Part shown: positions 23,825 to 32,000 of the stretch, piece after piece
Layout of the letters: the number at the start of each line of letters is the position of its first letter
Numbering within the stretch: position 1 is the first letter of the stretch
Origin: Pseudomonas aeruginosa
Lineage (GTDB): Bacteria; Pseudomonadota; Gammaproteobacteria; Pseudomonadales; Pseudomonadaceae
DNA: 32,000 nt
Direction: 5' to 3'
Assembly (NCBI RefSeq): GCF_001457615.1
Contig: NZ_LN831024.1
Coordinates: 3,570,001 to 3,602,000 of the forward strand
The notes under the pieces: model-generated
What the model was told of the DNA's origin: nothing
The model's input: only the letters and a program-made list of their open reading frames with translations
Databases searched by the model: none
Made by a program: the position numbers and the translations under genes

Positions 23825-26200
23825 TCAGGCCTGGTCTTGCCCCTCGGCAAGGAAGAACCAGGTATCCAGCACCGAGTCGGGGTTCAGCGAGACGCTCTCG
23901 ATGCCCTGCTCCATCAGCCAGCGGGCCAGGTCCGGGTGGTCCGACGGACCCTGGCCGCAGATGCCGATGTACTTGCCGGCCTTGTTGCAGGCAGCGATGG
24001 CGTTGGCCAGCAGCTTCTTCACCGCCGGATTGCGCTCGTCGAACAGGTGGGCAACGATGCCGGAATCGCGATCCAGGCCCAGGGTCAGCTGGGTCAGGTC
24101 GTTGGAACCGATGGAGAAGCCATCGAAGAACTCGAGGAACTCGTCGGCCAGCAGGGCGTTCGACGGCAGTTCGCACATCATGATGACCTTAAGGCCGTTC
24201 TCGCCGCGCTTCAGGCCGTTCCCGGCCAGCAGCTCGACCACCTGGCTCGCCTCGCCCAGGGTGCGCACGAAGGGCACCATGATCTCGACGTTGGTCAGGC
24301 CCATTTCGTTGCGGACCTTCTTCAGCGCACGGCACTCCAGCTCGAAGCAGTCGCGGAACGACTCGCTGATGTAGCGCGAGGCACCACGGAAGCCGAGCAT
24401 CGGATTCTCTTCTTCCGGCTCGTAGAGCTTGCCGCCGATCAGGTTGGCGTACTCATTGGACTTGAAGTCGGACAGGCGCACGATGACCTTCTTCGGCCAG
24501 AACGCCGCGGCCAGGGTGCTGATGCCCTCCACCAGCTTCTCGACGTAGAAGCCGACCGGATCGGGATAGCCGGCGATGCGCTTCTCCACGCTTTCCTTGA
24601 TGTCCGCCGGCAGGCCGGCGAAGTTCAGCAACGCCTTGGGGTGCACGCCGATCATGCGGTTGATGATGAATTCGAGGCGGGCCAGGCCCACGCCTTCGTT
24701 CGGCAACTGGGCGAAATCGAAAGCGCGATCGGGATTGCCGACGTTCATCATGATCTTGAACGGAAGGTCGGGCATGGCGTCGACCGAGTTCTTGCGCACA
24801 TCGAAACCGAGTTCGCCTTCGAAGATGAAGCCGGTATCGCCTTCGGCACAGGAAACGGTCACCCCCTGCCCATCCTGCAGGATCTGGGTGGCGTTGCCGC
24901 AACCGACCACCGCCGGGATGCCCAGTTCGCGAGCGATGATCGCCGCGTGGCAGGTACGCCCGCCGCGGTTGGTGACGATGGCGCTGGCGCGCTTCATCAC
25001 CGGCTCCCAGTCCGGGTCGGTCATGTCGGAGACCAGGACGTCACCCGGTTGGACCTTGTCCATTTCCGACACGTCGTTGATCACCTTGACCGGACCGGCA
25101 CCGATGCGCTGGCCGATGGCACGTCCTTCCACCAGGACGGTCCCCTTCTCTTTCAGCAGGTAGCGCTCCATGACCGTGGCGCTGGCGCGGCTCTTCACGG
25201 TTTCCGGGCGTGCCTGGACGATGTACAGCTTGCCGTCGTCACCGTCCTTGGCCCATTCGATGTCCATCGGGCGGCCATAGTGCTTCTCGATGATCATGGC
25301 CTGCTTGGCCAGCTCGGTGACCTCGGCGTCGCTCAGGGCGAAGCGGGCGCGATCGGCGCGATCGACGTCCACTACCTTGACCGAGCGACCGGCCTTGGCT
25401 TCGTCGCCGTAGATCATCTTGATCGCCTTGCTACCCAGGTTGCGGCGCAGGATGGCCGGACGCCCGGCTTCCAGGGTCGGCTTGTGGACGTAGAACTCGT
25501 CGGGGTTCACCGCGCCCTGAACCACGGTCTCGCCCAGGCCGTAGGCACCGGTGATGAAGACCACGTCGCGGAAGCCGGATTCGGTGTCCAGGGTGAACAT
25601 CACCCCGGCGGTGCCGGTTTCCGAGCGGACCATGCGCTGCACGCCGGCGGACAAGGCGACCAGCTTGTGATCGAAGCCCTGGTGCACGCGGTAGGCGATG
25701 GCGCGGTCGTTGAACAGGGAGGCGAAGACCTCTTTTGCTGCGCGGATCACATTGTCCACGCCGCGGATATTGAGGAAGGTTTCCTGCTGGCCGGCGAACG
25801 AGGCGTCCGGAAGGTCTTCGGCGGTAGCGGAGGAACGCACTGCCACGGCGAGGTTGTCGTTGCCGTTGGCCAGGGCGGCGAAGGCCTGGCGGATCTCGCT
25901 GTCGAGACGGGCCGGGAACTCGGCTTCCATCACCCACTGGCGGATCTGCGCGCCGGTCTTGGCCAGGGCGTTGACGTCGTCGACGTCCAGGGCGTCCAGG
26001 GCCGCGTGGATACGGTCGTTGAGGCCACTCTGCTCGAGGAAGTCACGGTAGGCCTGGGCGGTGGTGGCAAATCCGCCGGGTACGGAAACGCCGGCACCGG
26101 CCAGGTTGCTGATCATCTCGCCGAGGGATGCGTTCTTGCCCCCCACATGCTCTACATCATGGACGCCGAGCTTATCGAGGGAAACTACGTACTCTACCAA
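23825..26200 (-). CDS. ppsA: phosphoenolpyruvate synthase
   Basis: 791 aa: (M)[28 protein letters not shown]...[21 protein letters not shown]...CGQGPSD. The start codon at 26200 is TTG, with GGAGA 7 nt upstream. Confidence 0.97.
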   Translation of the reverse strand: MVEYVVSLDKLGVHDVEHVGGKNASLGEMISNLAGAGVSVPGGFATTAQAYRDFLEQSGLNDRIHAALDALDVDDVNALAKTGAQIRQWVMEAEFPARLDSEIRQAFAALANGNDNLAVAVRSSATAEDLPDASFAGQQETFLNIRGVDNVIRAAKEVFASLFNDRAIAYRVHQGFDHKLVALSAGVQRMVRSETGTAGVMFTLDTESGFRDVVFITGAYGLGETVVQGAVNPDEFYVHKPTLEAGRPAILRRNLGSKAIKMIYGDEAKAGRSVKVVDVDRADRARFALSDAEVTELAKQAMIIEKHYGRPMDIEWAKDGDDGKLYIVQARPETVKSRASATVMERYLLKEKGTVLVEGRAIGQRIGAGPVKVINDVSEMDKVQPGDVLVSDMTDPDWEPVMKRASAIVTNRGGRTCHAAIIARELGIPAVVGCGNATQILQDGQGVTVSCAEGDTGFIFEGELGFDVRKNSVDAMPDLPFKIMMNVGNPDRAFDFAQLPNEGVGLARLEFIINRMIGVHPKALLNFAGLPADIKESVEKRIAGYPDPVGFYVEKLVEGISTLAAAFWPKKVIVRLSDFKSNEYANLIGGKLYEPEEENPMLGFRGASRYISESFRDCFELECRALKKVRNEMGLTNVEIMVPFVRTLGEASQVVELLAGNGLKRGENGLKVIMMCELPSNALLADEFLEFFDGFSIGSNDLTQLTLGLDRDSGIVAHLFDERNPAVKKLLANAIAACNKAGKYIGICGQGPSDHPDLARWLMEQGIESVSLNPDSVLDTWFFLAEGQDQA

Positions 26201-26365
26201 GGTGATCTCTCCACTATTGAATTGGAAAAGCTCAAGCGGGGCCAGGAGCAGCTCCGCTGGATTCTGGCCTGGCCCTTAGAAATAAGTGACAATGCTGCGA
26301 CAGAAAGGCCTCTGACAACGCGCGGCCTATCATAGCCAAGAATCGTTCCTACCTTAAGGCTTTCG

Positions 26366-27190
26366 GTGCAAATGAAACGAACCGCATTCTTCATCTCGGA
26401 CGGCACCGGTATCACCGCCGAAACCCTGGGCCAAAGCCTTCTGGCACAGTTCGAGAACATCAGCTTCGTCAAACTGACGAGACCGTACATCGATACCGAA
26501 GAAAAAGCGCGCGCCATGGTACAGCAAATCAATAATGCTGCCGAGTCGGACGGGGCCCGCCCGATCATCTTCGATACCATCGTGAACCGCGACATCCGGG
26601 CGGTCCTGGCGCAATCCAACGGTTTCATGATCGATATCTTCGCCACCTTTCTTTCGCCTCTGGAACAGGAGCTTTCGGCCGACTCGTCCTATTCGGTCGG
26701 CAAGTCCCACTCCATCGGCCACAACTCCCACTACATGGATCGCATCGAGGCGGTGAACTTCGCCCTCGACAACGACGACGGCGCCCGCACCCACTACTAC
26801 GACAAGGCCGACCTGATCCTGGTCGGCGTCTCGCGCTGCGGCAAGACGCCCACCTGCCTGTACATGGCCCTGCAGTATGGCATCCGCGCCGCCAACTACC
26901 CGTTGACGGAAGAGGACATGGAGCGCCTGCAACTGCCGAACGCCCTCAAGCAGTACAAGCACAAGCTGTTCGGCCTGACCATCGACCCCGATCGCCTCAC
27001 CGCGATCCGCAACGAGCGCAAGCCCAACAGTCGCTACGCCAGCTTCGCCCAGTGCGAATTCGAGGTACGCGAGGTCGAAAGCCTGTTCCGCCGCGAAAAC
27101 ATCGCCTACATCAACTCCACGCATTTCTCGGTGGAGGAGATTTCCGCAAAGATCCTCGTCGAAAAAGGCGTGGAACGGCGCTTCAAATAA
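26366..27190 (+). CDS. ppsR: PEP synthase regulatory protein (bifunctional kinase/pyrophosphorylase, DUF299)
   Basis: [16 protein letters not shown]...[28 protein letters not shown]...[17 protein letters not shown] aligns with E. coli PpsR/YdiA. It is divergent from ppsA. The start is GTG 26366 (AAGG 7 nt upstream) or ATG 26372. Confidence 0.9.
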   Translation: MQMKRTAFFISDGTGITAETLGQSLLAQFENISFVKLTRPYIDTEEKARAMVQQINNAAESDGARPIIFDTIVNRDIRAVLAQSNGFMIDIFATFLSPLEQELSADSSYSVGKSHSIGHNSHYMDRIEAVNFALDNDDGARTHYYDKADLILVGVSRCGKTPTCLYMALQYGIRAANYPLTEEDMERLQLPNALKQYKHKLFGLTIDPDRLTAIRNERKPNSRYASFAQCEFEVREVESLFRRENIAYINSTHFSVEEISAKILVEKGVERRFK

Positions 27191-27336
27191 CCGCTCCGGG
27201 GCCAGCGGCTCGGCACCGCCAAGGTCCCTTGCCCGCTTCCGGTAACGCTTCGAGCCCCAGGATGGAATTTCGTTTCATCCCAGGGGCAAAACCCCGACCA
27301 AGTGGTATAAGCGGCTGTCGCTGCCGAAAAACCGCG

Positions 27337-27345
27337 TGATAGAAT
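27337..27345 (+). promoter_or_regulatory. candidate extended -10 promoter element for the three-gene module
   Basis: TGaTAGAAT (TGn + TAGAAT) lies in the 290-nt non-coding gap about 135 nt upstream of ATG 27481. The -35 (gtcgct) is poor. This rests on pattern only. Confidence 0.3.
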
Positions 27346-27480
27346 GCGGCCCGCATGCGCCTGGCGGGGCGCCCGGCATGCCCGGCCTGCCGAGCGCAGG
27401 TCGATGACGCAGGGTTTTCCGTCACGGACTGGACAGCGATCGCAAGATCGACCCGCCGAACGCGACACCAACCAGGACTT

Positions 27481-28020
27481 ATGAAACTCAAGCCCTTAGC
27501 TCCCCTGCTCTGCCTATTCATCGCCGTACCAGGCCTGAGCGTAGCCGCCGAAAAGACGGTCTACGGCCTGAACGAATACGCGCGCATCAACGACCCGGAC
27601 ATCCAGCTGGCCGCCAAGCTCGACACCGGCGCCAAGACCGCCTCCCTCAGCGCCCGCGACATCAAGCGTTTCAAGCGCGACGGCGAAACCTGGGTGCGCT
27701 TCTACCTGGCCACCGACAACGCCGACGACACCCCGATCGAGAAGCCCCTGGCGCGGATCAGCAAGATCAAGCGCCGCCATGGCGACTTCAACCCCGACGA
27801 GGGCAAGGCCTATACCGCCCGTCCGGTGATCGAGCTGCAGGTCTGCATGGGCAAGGCGATTCGCACCATCGAAGTGAACCTGACCGACCGAAGTGCATTC
27901 CAATACCCGCTTTTGATCGGCTCGGAGGCCTTGAAGAAATTCGACGCACTGGTCGATCCGAGCTTGAAATACTCGGCCGGGAAACCCGGCTGCAAACCTG
28001 ATGCAAAACCTGCTGAGTAA
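27481..28020 (+). CDS. secreted retropepsin-like aspartic peptidase (legacy family name: putative ATP-dependent zinc protease; RimB-like)
   Basis: ATG 27481 (AGGA SD) gives 179 aa. It has a Sec-type signal peptide (MKLKPLAPLLCLFIAVPGLSVAAE), the aspartic-protease signature LDTGA (DTG at 27622-27630), and the flap-like motif LLIGSEAL. Confidence 0.75.
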   Translation: MKLKPLAPLLCLFIAVPGLSVAAEKTVYGLNEYARINDPDIQLAAKLDTGAKTASLSARDIKRFKRDGETWVRFYLATDNADDTPIEKPLARISKIKRRHGDFNPDEGKAYTARPVIELQVCMGKAIRTIEVNLTDRSAFQYPLLIGSEALKKFDALVDPSLKYSAGKPGCKPDAKPAE

Positions 28021-28025
28021 ACGAC

Positions 28026-29552
28026 ATGCGCTCTCTCAACCTGCATCTGAAAGTCCTGATCGCCATCCTGCTGACCCTGGGTGTGGCGATCACCGCCTAT
28101 CAGATTTTCGTCCAGGGTATTCCCGTTACCGAAGCCGAAACCGATGACCTCTGGAACATCGATGCCAAGGTCGACTTCGTCGCCACGCCGAAAACCCCGG
28201 TCAAGGTGCAGATGTTCGTTCCGCCGTTGAGCCAGGACTACGTCAGCCTCAACGAAAGCTTCGTCTCCAACAATTACGGCGTCAGCATCAATCGCGCCGA
28301 CGGCAATCGCAAGGTGACCTGGTCCGCCCGCCGCGCCAACGGCAAGCAGACCCTGTACTACCGCCTGGTGCTGACCAAGCGCTACACCGGCGAGAAGACC
28401 AAGGAGAAAGGCCCGATCTTCCGCGACAGCCTGCCCCTGGAAGGCCCGGAGAAGATCGCCGCAGAAGCCCTGCTGGCCCCCATTCGCCAGCACTCGGCCG
28501 ACGTCGAGACCTTCGTCAGCGAAGCCATCAAGCGCGCCAACAACGGCAACGACGACAACGTCAAGCTGCTGATGGCCGGCGACACCAGCCTGGAAAAGAA
28601 AGCGCATATCGTCGAGACCCTGCTGTCCATCGCCCACGTGCCGATGGAGCGGGTCCACACCATCCGTCTGGTCGCCGACCTGCAACAGAGCCCGGAACTG
28701 TGGCTGCGCAGCTTCAACGGCGAGAACTGGCTGTATTTCAACGTGGTCACCGGCGAACAGGGCCTGCCCTCCGATCGCCTGATCTGGTGGCTTGGCGATG
28801 AGCCGCTGATGACCATCGACGGCGGCAAGAAGGCCCAGGTCAGCTTCAGCCTGAACAGCAGCGAGATGAACGCCATCCGCCTGGCCAAGCTGTCCGACGA
28901 GAACACCGAGGCGGCCTTCCTCGAGTACTCCCTGTACGGCCTGCCGCTGTCCACCCAGCAGACCTTCCAGATCATGATCATGATCCCGATCGGCGTGCTG
29001 GTGATCCTGATCCTGCGCAACCTGATCGGCCTGCAGACTCTCGGCACCTTCACCCCGGTGCTGATCGCCCTGGCCTTCCGCGAGACCGGCCTGCAATGGG
29101 GTATCGCCCTGTTCACCGTGATCACCGCCCTGGGCCTGTCGCTGCGCTCCTATCTCGAGCACCTGAAGCTGCAGATGCTGCCGCGCCTCTCGGTGGTGCT
29201 GACCTTCGTGGTGGTGATGATCGCGGTGATCAGCCTGTTCAGCCACAAGCTCGGCTTCGAGAGCGGCCTGTCGATCGCCCTGTTCCCGATGGTGATCCTG
29301 ACCATGACCATCGAACGCCTGTCGATCACCTGGGAAGAGCGCGGCGGCGGCCATGCGATGAAGGTGGCCATCGGCACCCTGTTCGCGGCATCGCTGGCGC
29401 ACATCCTCATGCGCATCCCGGAACTGGTGTACTTCATCTTCACCTTCCCGGCCGTGCTGCTGATCCTGGTCGCCTTCATGCTCGCCATGGGCCGCTACCG
29501 CGGCTACCGCCTGACCGAGCTGTTCCGCTTCAAGGCCCTGCTCAAGGACTGA
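28026..29552 (+). CDS. membrane protein: N-terminal TM + about 290-aa periplasmic inactive-transglutaminase-like domain + C-terminal 7TM bundle
   Basis: 508 aa, starting 5 nt after the preceding stop. TM1 is KVLIAILLTLGVAITAYQIF. Seven hydrophobic helices run from about residue 320 (FQIMIMIPIGVLVILIL ... LVYFIFTFPAVLLILVAFMLAM). There is no cysteine anywhere in the protein. Confidence 0.75.
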   Translation: MRSLNLHLKVLIAILLTLGVAITAYQIFVQGIPVTEAETDDLWNIDAKVDFVATPKTPVKVQMFVPPLSQDYVSLNESFVSNNYGVSINRADGNRKVTWSARRANGKQTLYYRLVLTKRYTGEKTKEKGPIFRDSLPLEGPEKIAAEALLAPIRQHSADVETFVSEAIKRANNGNDDNVKLLMAGDTSLEKKAHIVETLLSIAHVPMERVHTIRLVADLQQSPELWLRSFNGENWLYFNVVTGEQGLPSDRLIWWLGDEPLMTIDGGKKAQVSFSLNSSEMNAIRLAKLSDENTEAAFLEYSLYGLPLSTQQTFQIMIMIPIGVLVILILRNLIGLQTLGTFTPVLIALAFRETGLQWGIALFTVITALGLSLRSYLEHLKLQMLPRLSVVLTFVVVMIAVISLFSHKLGFESGLSIALFPMVILTMTIERLSITWEERGGGHAMKVAIGTLFAASLAHILMRIPELVYFIFTFPAVLLILVAFMLAMGRYRGYRLTELFRFKALLKD

Positions 29553-29555
29553 ACC

Positions 29556-30539
29556 ATGTCGATCTGGAAGACCTGGAAAGACCTGACCGCGAAAGGCGTG
29601 ATGGGCATCAACCGACGCAATGCCGATTACGTCCTGAAGTACAACAAGCGGCACCTGTATCCGGTGGTGGACGACAAGATCATCACCAAGGAACGCGCGC
29701 TCGAGGCCGGCATCCACGTGCCGGAGATGTACGGCATCATCGAGACCGAGAAAGGCATCGACAAGCTCAACGAGATCATCGGCGAGCACAACGATTTCGT
29801 CATCAAGCCGGCGCAGGGCGCCGGCGGCGACGGCATCATGGTGATCGCCGACCGCTTCGAGGGCCGCTACAAGACCGTGTCGGGGAAGATCGTCAGCCAC
29901 GAGGAGATCGAGCACCACATCTCGAGCATCCTCTCCGGCCTCTACTCCCTCGGCGGCCATCGCGACCGCGTACTGATCGAGTACCGGGTGACCCCCGACC
30001 AGATCTTCAAGAGCATCAGCTACGAAGGTGTGCCGGACATCCGCATCATCGTACTGATGGGCTACCCGGTGATGGCCATGCTGCGCCTGCCGACCCGGCA
30101 GTCGGGCGGCAAGGCCAACCTGCATCAGGGCGCCATCGGCGTGGGCGTCGACCTGGCCACCGGTGTCACCCTGCGCGGCACCTGGCTGAACAACAAGATC
30201 GCCAAGCACCCGGACACCACCAACGCGGTGGACGGCGTGCAACTGCCGAACTGGGACGGCTTCATGAAGCTGGCGGCCGGTTGCTACGAGTTGTCGGGCC
30301 TCGGCTACATCGGCGTGGACATGGTTCTCGACCAGGAGAAAGGCCCGCTGATCCTCGAACTCAACGCCCGCCCGGGCCTGAACATCCAGATCGCCAACGA
30401 CAGCGGCCTGGTGCACCGCTGCCACGCCGTCGAGGCGCGACTGGAAGAACTCAAGGCGAAAGGCATCGAAGAGTCCGCGGAAGAGCGCGTACGCTTCTCC
30501 CAGCAGCTGTTCGGCCACGTCCAGCAGCACCAGGGCTGA
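29556..30539 (+). CDS. RimK-related ATP-grasp ligase (alpha-L-glutamate-ligase-like protein)
   Basis: 327 aa, starting 3 nt after the preceding stop. ATP-grasp motifs: VIKPAQGAGGDGI, GKANLHQGA, and GVDMVLDQEKGPLILELNARPGL (the E-x-N Mg site). Confidence 0.8.
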   Translation: MSIWKTWKDLTAKGVMGINRRNADYVLKYNKRHLYPVVDDKIITKERALEAGIHVPEMYGIIETEKGIDKLNEIIGEHNDFVIKPAQGAGGDGIMVIADRFEGRYKTVSGKIVSHEEIEHHISSILSGLYSLGGHRDRVLIEYRVTPDQIFKSISYEGVPDIRIIVLMGYPVMAMLRLPTRQSGGKANLHQGAIGVGVDLATGVTLRGTWLNNKIAKHPDTTNAVDGVQLPNWDGFMKLAAGCYELSGLGYIGVDMVLDQEKGPLILELNARPGLNIQIANDSGLVHRCHAVEARLEELKAKGIEESAEERVRFSQQLFGHVQQHQG

Positions 30540-30553
30540 CGTGCTTCCGGTAT

Positions 30554-30583
30554 GAAGAAGCCCGGCTCCGGCCGGGCTTTTTC
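30554..30583. terminator. bidirectional intrinsic terminator between the ATP-grasp gene and the convergent envelope operon
   Basis: gaagaAGCCCGGC-tccg-GCCGGGCTtttt lies between convergent stops 30539 and 30596. Confidence 0.9.
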
Positions 30584-30595
30584 ATGTCTCGGATT

Positions 30596-31786
30596 TCAAC
30601 GCACCACGGCCAGCTCGAAGCCGCCCTGCCGGGCGTGCTCATGCACCTGCATACCCGCCTCGTTCACCGCCAGGTCCTGCAGCGGACGCTTGAACGGCTT
30701 GTTGTCGAGGGTTTGCAGCGAGCGGTCCTCGTCGGTGGTCAGCAGCAGCACGTAGCGCTCGCCGCGATTGGCTCGCACCGGCACCGTACCCTCGATGAAA
30801 GCGTAGCGATACCAGGTTTCCGGGTTCAGCTTGTACACCGCGTCGCTGACCAGCCGGGTCGGCCGCTTGTGCTCGTCGAGGAACAGCAGCGACGGGTAGA
30901 CCACCTGGCGGTTGGCGAAACTGCGGATGCGCAGGCCGTAGACACCCTGGGAGCGCGGCAGCCGGATCGCCGCGTAGAAGCTCCTGCCCATGGGAAAGTC
31001 GAAGCTCGGCGAGAAGCGGTTCAACTCCTCGTAGCGCGGTTCGTCGGCATCCAGTTCGGTGAAGTCGCTCTCGGCGATCTGCTCGCAGCAGCGCCGTTGC
31101 AGGTCCTGGTAGAGATCGTCGATGGTCATCTCGGTGCCCTTGAGCAAAGCCTTCAGCGCATCGCTCTGCTGGCCGGCGCCATCCAGCCCGGGCAACGCCG
31201 TCGGACGTTGCTTGAACTCGATCTGCCGGCCCTCGGTGAAGGCGATCTGCGACGAAGGCGCGGCCTCCCGCTTGAAGCGCGCCGCGCGCTCCTCGGGCGG
31301 GATCTGCGAGTTGTGCATGCGGCCCTTCTCGTCCACCCAGGTGTAGTAGGGACTGCCGTTCTCGCTGCGAACGAAACCCTTGCCCTCGAAGGCCTCGGCG
31401 TCGATGTATTCGGCGGAGTGCTCGCCGTTGGGCAGGACGTAGTCGGCGCGCTGGCCGGCGACCTGGGCGCCGGCATAGAAGCTGTTCTGCACGTTGCCGT
31501 TGGCATCGATCCAGGTGTAGTAGCGACGCTTGCTCTCCCCTCCGCTGCTGTTCCCCGGCCACTGCGTGGCGTTGTCCGCCTTGTTCAGCACCCGCGCCTG
31601 GTCGCTCTGGCCGATGCGCTGCCGCGCCTGGCGCTGCTGGCGGTCGAACTGGCCGTCGACGAAGGTGTTGTGCACCCCGCCATTGTCGTCCACCCAGGTC
31701 AGGTAGCGCCCGCCGGAGGCCCAGCCCGGCGAAGATGCCGGCAGCGCCAGGGAGAAGACGCAAAGTACGATGGATGCGCGCATCAT
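30596..31786 (-). CDS. exported protein with three YTW(V/I)D..G..(H/Q)N repeats (DUF4124-like) and a C-terminal domain I tentatively assign as MalM-like
   Basis: 396 aa with signal peptide MMRASIVLCVFSLALPASSPGWA. Repeats: RYLTWVDDNGGVHNTF, RYYTWIDANGNVQNSF, PYYTWVDEKGRMHNSQ. The MalM assignment is from memory of the family annotation. Confidence 0.7.
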   Translation of the reverse strand: MMRASIVLCVFSLALPASSPGWASGGRYLTWVDDNGGVHNTFVDGQFDRQQRQARQRIGQSDQARVLNKADNATQWPGNSSGGESKRRYYTWIDANGNVQNSFYAGAQVAGQRADYVLPNGEHSAEYIDAEAFEGKGFVRSENGSPYYTWVDEKGRMHNSQIPPEERAARFKREAAPSSQIAFTEGRQIEFKQRPTALPGLDGAGQQSDALKALLKGTEMTIDDLYQDLQRRCCEQIAESDFTELDADEPRYEELNRFSPSFDFPMGRSFYAAIRLPRSQGVYGLRIRSFANRQVVYPSLLFLDEHKRPTRLVSDAVYKLNPETWYRYAFIEGTVPVRANRGERYVLLLTTDEDRSLQTLDNKPFKRPLQDLAVNEAGMQVHEHARQGGFELAVVR

Positions 31787-31796
31787 GCTCCAGCCC

Positions 31797-32000
31797 TCAG
31801 AAGGTCGTACGGTAGGTCATGGCGAAAATATAGGCCTTCACCGTGGTGTCCACGTCCAGTCCCGCGTAGGGGTTGTACACCAGGTTGTCGAGCCCGGTGC
31901 AGTTCAGGTTGCAGCTGTTATCGGCCTTGACGCTCTGCTTGGTGACGAAGTAGTTGAAACCGACATCGATCACCGTGTCCTTGTCCCACTGGTAGCCCAG
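31797..32000 (-). CDS. 3' end of an outer-membrane beta-barrel protein gene (partial, continues beyond the window)
   Basis: My manual translation of the minus strand gives ...VIDVGFNYFVTKQSVKADNSCNLNCTGLDNLVYNPYAGLDVDTTVKAYIFAMTYRTTF*. It shows alternating hydrophobic residues and a terminal Phe, typical of an OMP beta-signal. The stop lies 10 nt before the next gene's ATG. This ORF is not in the supplied track because it is open-ended. Confidence 0.5.
   Translation of the reverse strand: MGYQWDKDTVIDVGFNYFVTKQSVKADNSCNLNCTGLDNLVYNPYAGLDVDTTVKAYIFAMTYRTTF

Noticed and set aside
23570-26335. 921-aa plus-strand ORF
   Set aside because: Antisense shadow of ppsA, which is unambiguous (791 aa with conserved PEP-utilising-enzyme motifs).
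27355-27480. Upstream ATG 27355 as the start of the retropepsin-like gene (221-aa version)
   Set aside because: The extra 42 residues are Arg/Cys/Ala-rich and would bury the signal peptide. ATG 27481 has an AGGA SD and gives a canonical n-h-c signal sequence.
27810-30530. 906-aa minus-strand ORF, together with the 944-aa plus-strand ORF 29096..31930
   Set aside because: Both overlap the well-supported membrane-protein, ATP-grasp and repeat-protein genes in other frames or on the other strand. Their translations are Arg/Pro/Gly/His-rich without domains.
1-32000. Search for genomic-island, defence-island or mobile-element hallmarks (tRNA/tmRNA attachment sites, integrase/transposase/recombinase ORFs, long direct repeats, CRISPR-like spaced repeats, sharp GC drops)
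   Set aside because: None were found. GC is uniformly high apart from short promoter regions and the oprF gene. All large ORFs are housekeeping or conserved-hypothetical types, and no periodic repeat array is visible.

Overview
This is a 32-kb, roughly 65% GC, gene-dense chromosomal segment. From the encoded proteins (OprF, SigX, PpsA, AcnB, NirB and others) I recognise it as Pseudomonas aeruginosa core genome. It corresponds roughly to PAO1 loci PA1790 down to PA1764; those locus numbers are from memory and cannot be verified here. Gene order, left to right: miaE (-); an Anr box plus the tandem-USP gene uspL (+); a DUF1289 gene (-); and acnB (+), whose ORF is split by a 1-nt deletion. Next comes the nitrate-assimilation supercluster (+): nasS-nasT, a PL7 alginate-lyase-like gene, nasA plus a PP2C/Ser-Thr-kinase fusion gene, and a leader RNA followed by nirB-nirD-nasC-cobA. 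On the minus strand follow oprF, sigX, cmpX, cfrX, cmaX, an RraA-like gene, estX and ppsA, with ppsR divergent (+). After that is a compact three-gene module of unknown function (+): a secreted retropepsin-like protease, a cysteine-free transglutaminase-like 7TM protein, and a RimK-type ATP-grasp ligase. The window ends with a convergent envelope gene pair (-). I saw no tRNA, rRNA, CRISPR, transposase, integrase or prophage signatures. The main points of interest are these. (1) The uncharacterised ligase/7TM/protease module. (2) Three sigma54-type promoters and two terminator-containing leaders that carry A..G hexaloop hairpins of the ANTAR/NasT type. (3) A phosphatase-kinase fusion gene translationally coupled to nasA. 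(4) The acnB frameshift. (5) A 123-nt nested inverted-repeat element upstream of acnB. Many long ORFs in the supplied track are antisense or out-of-frame shadows typical of high-GC DNA and were rejected.
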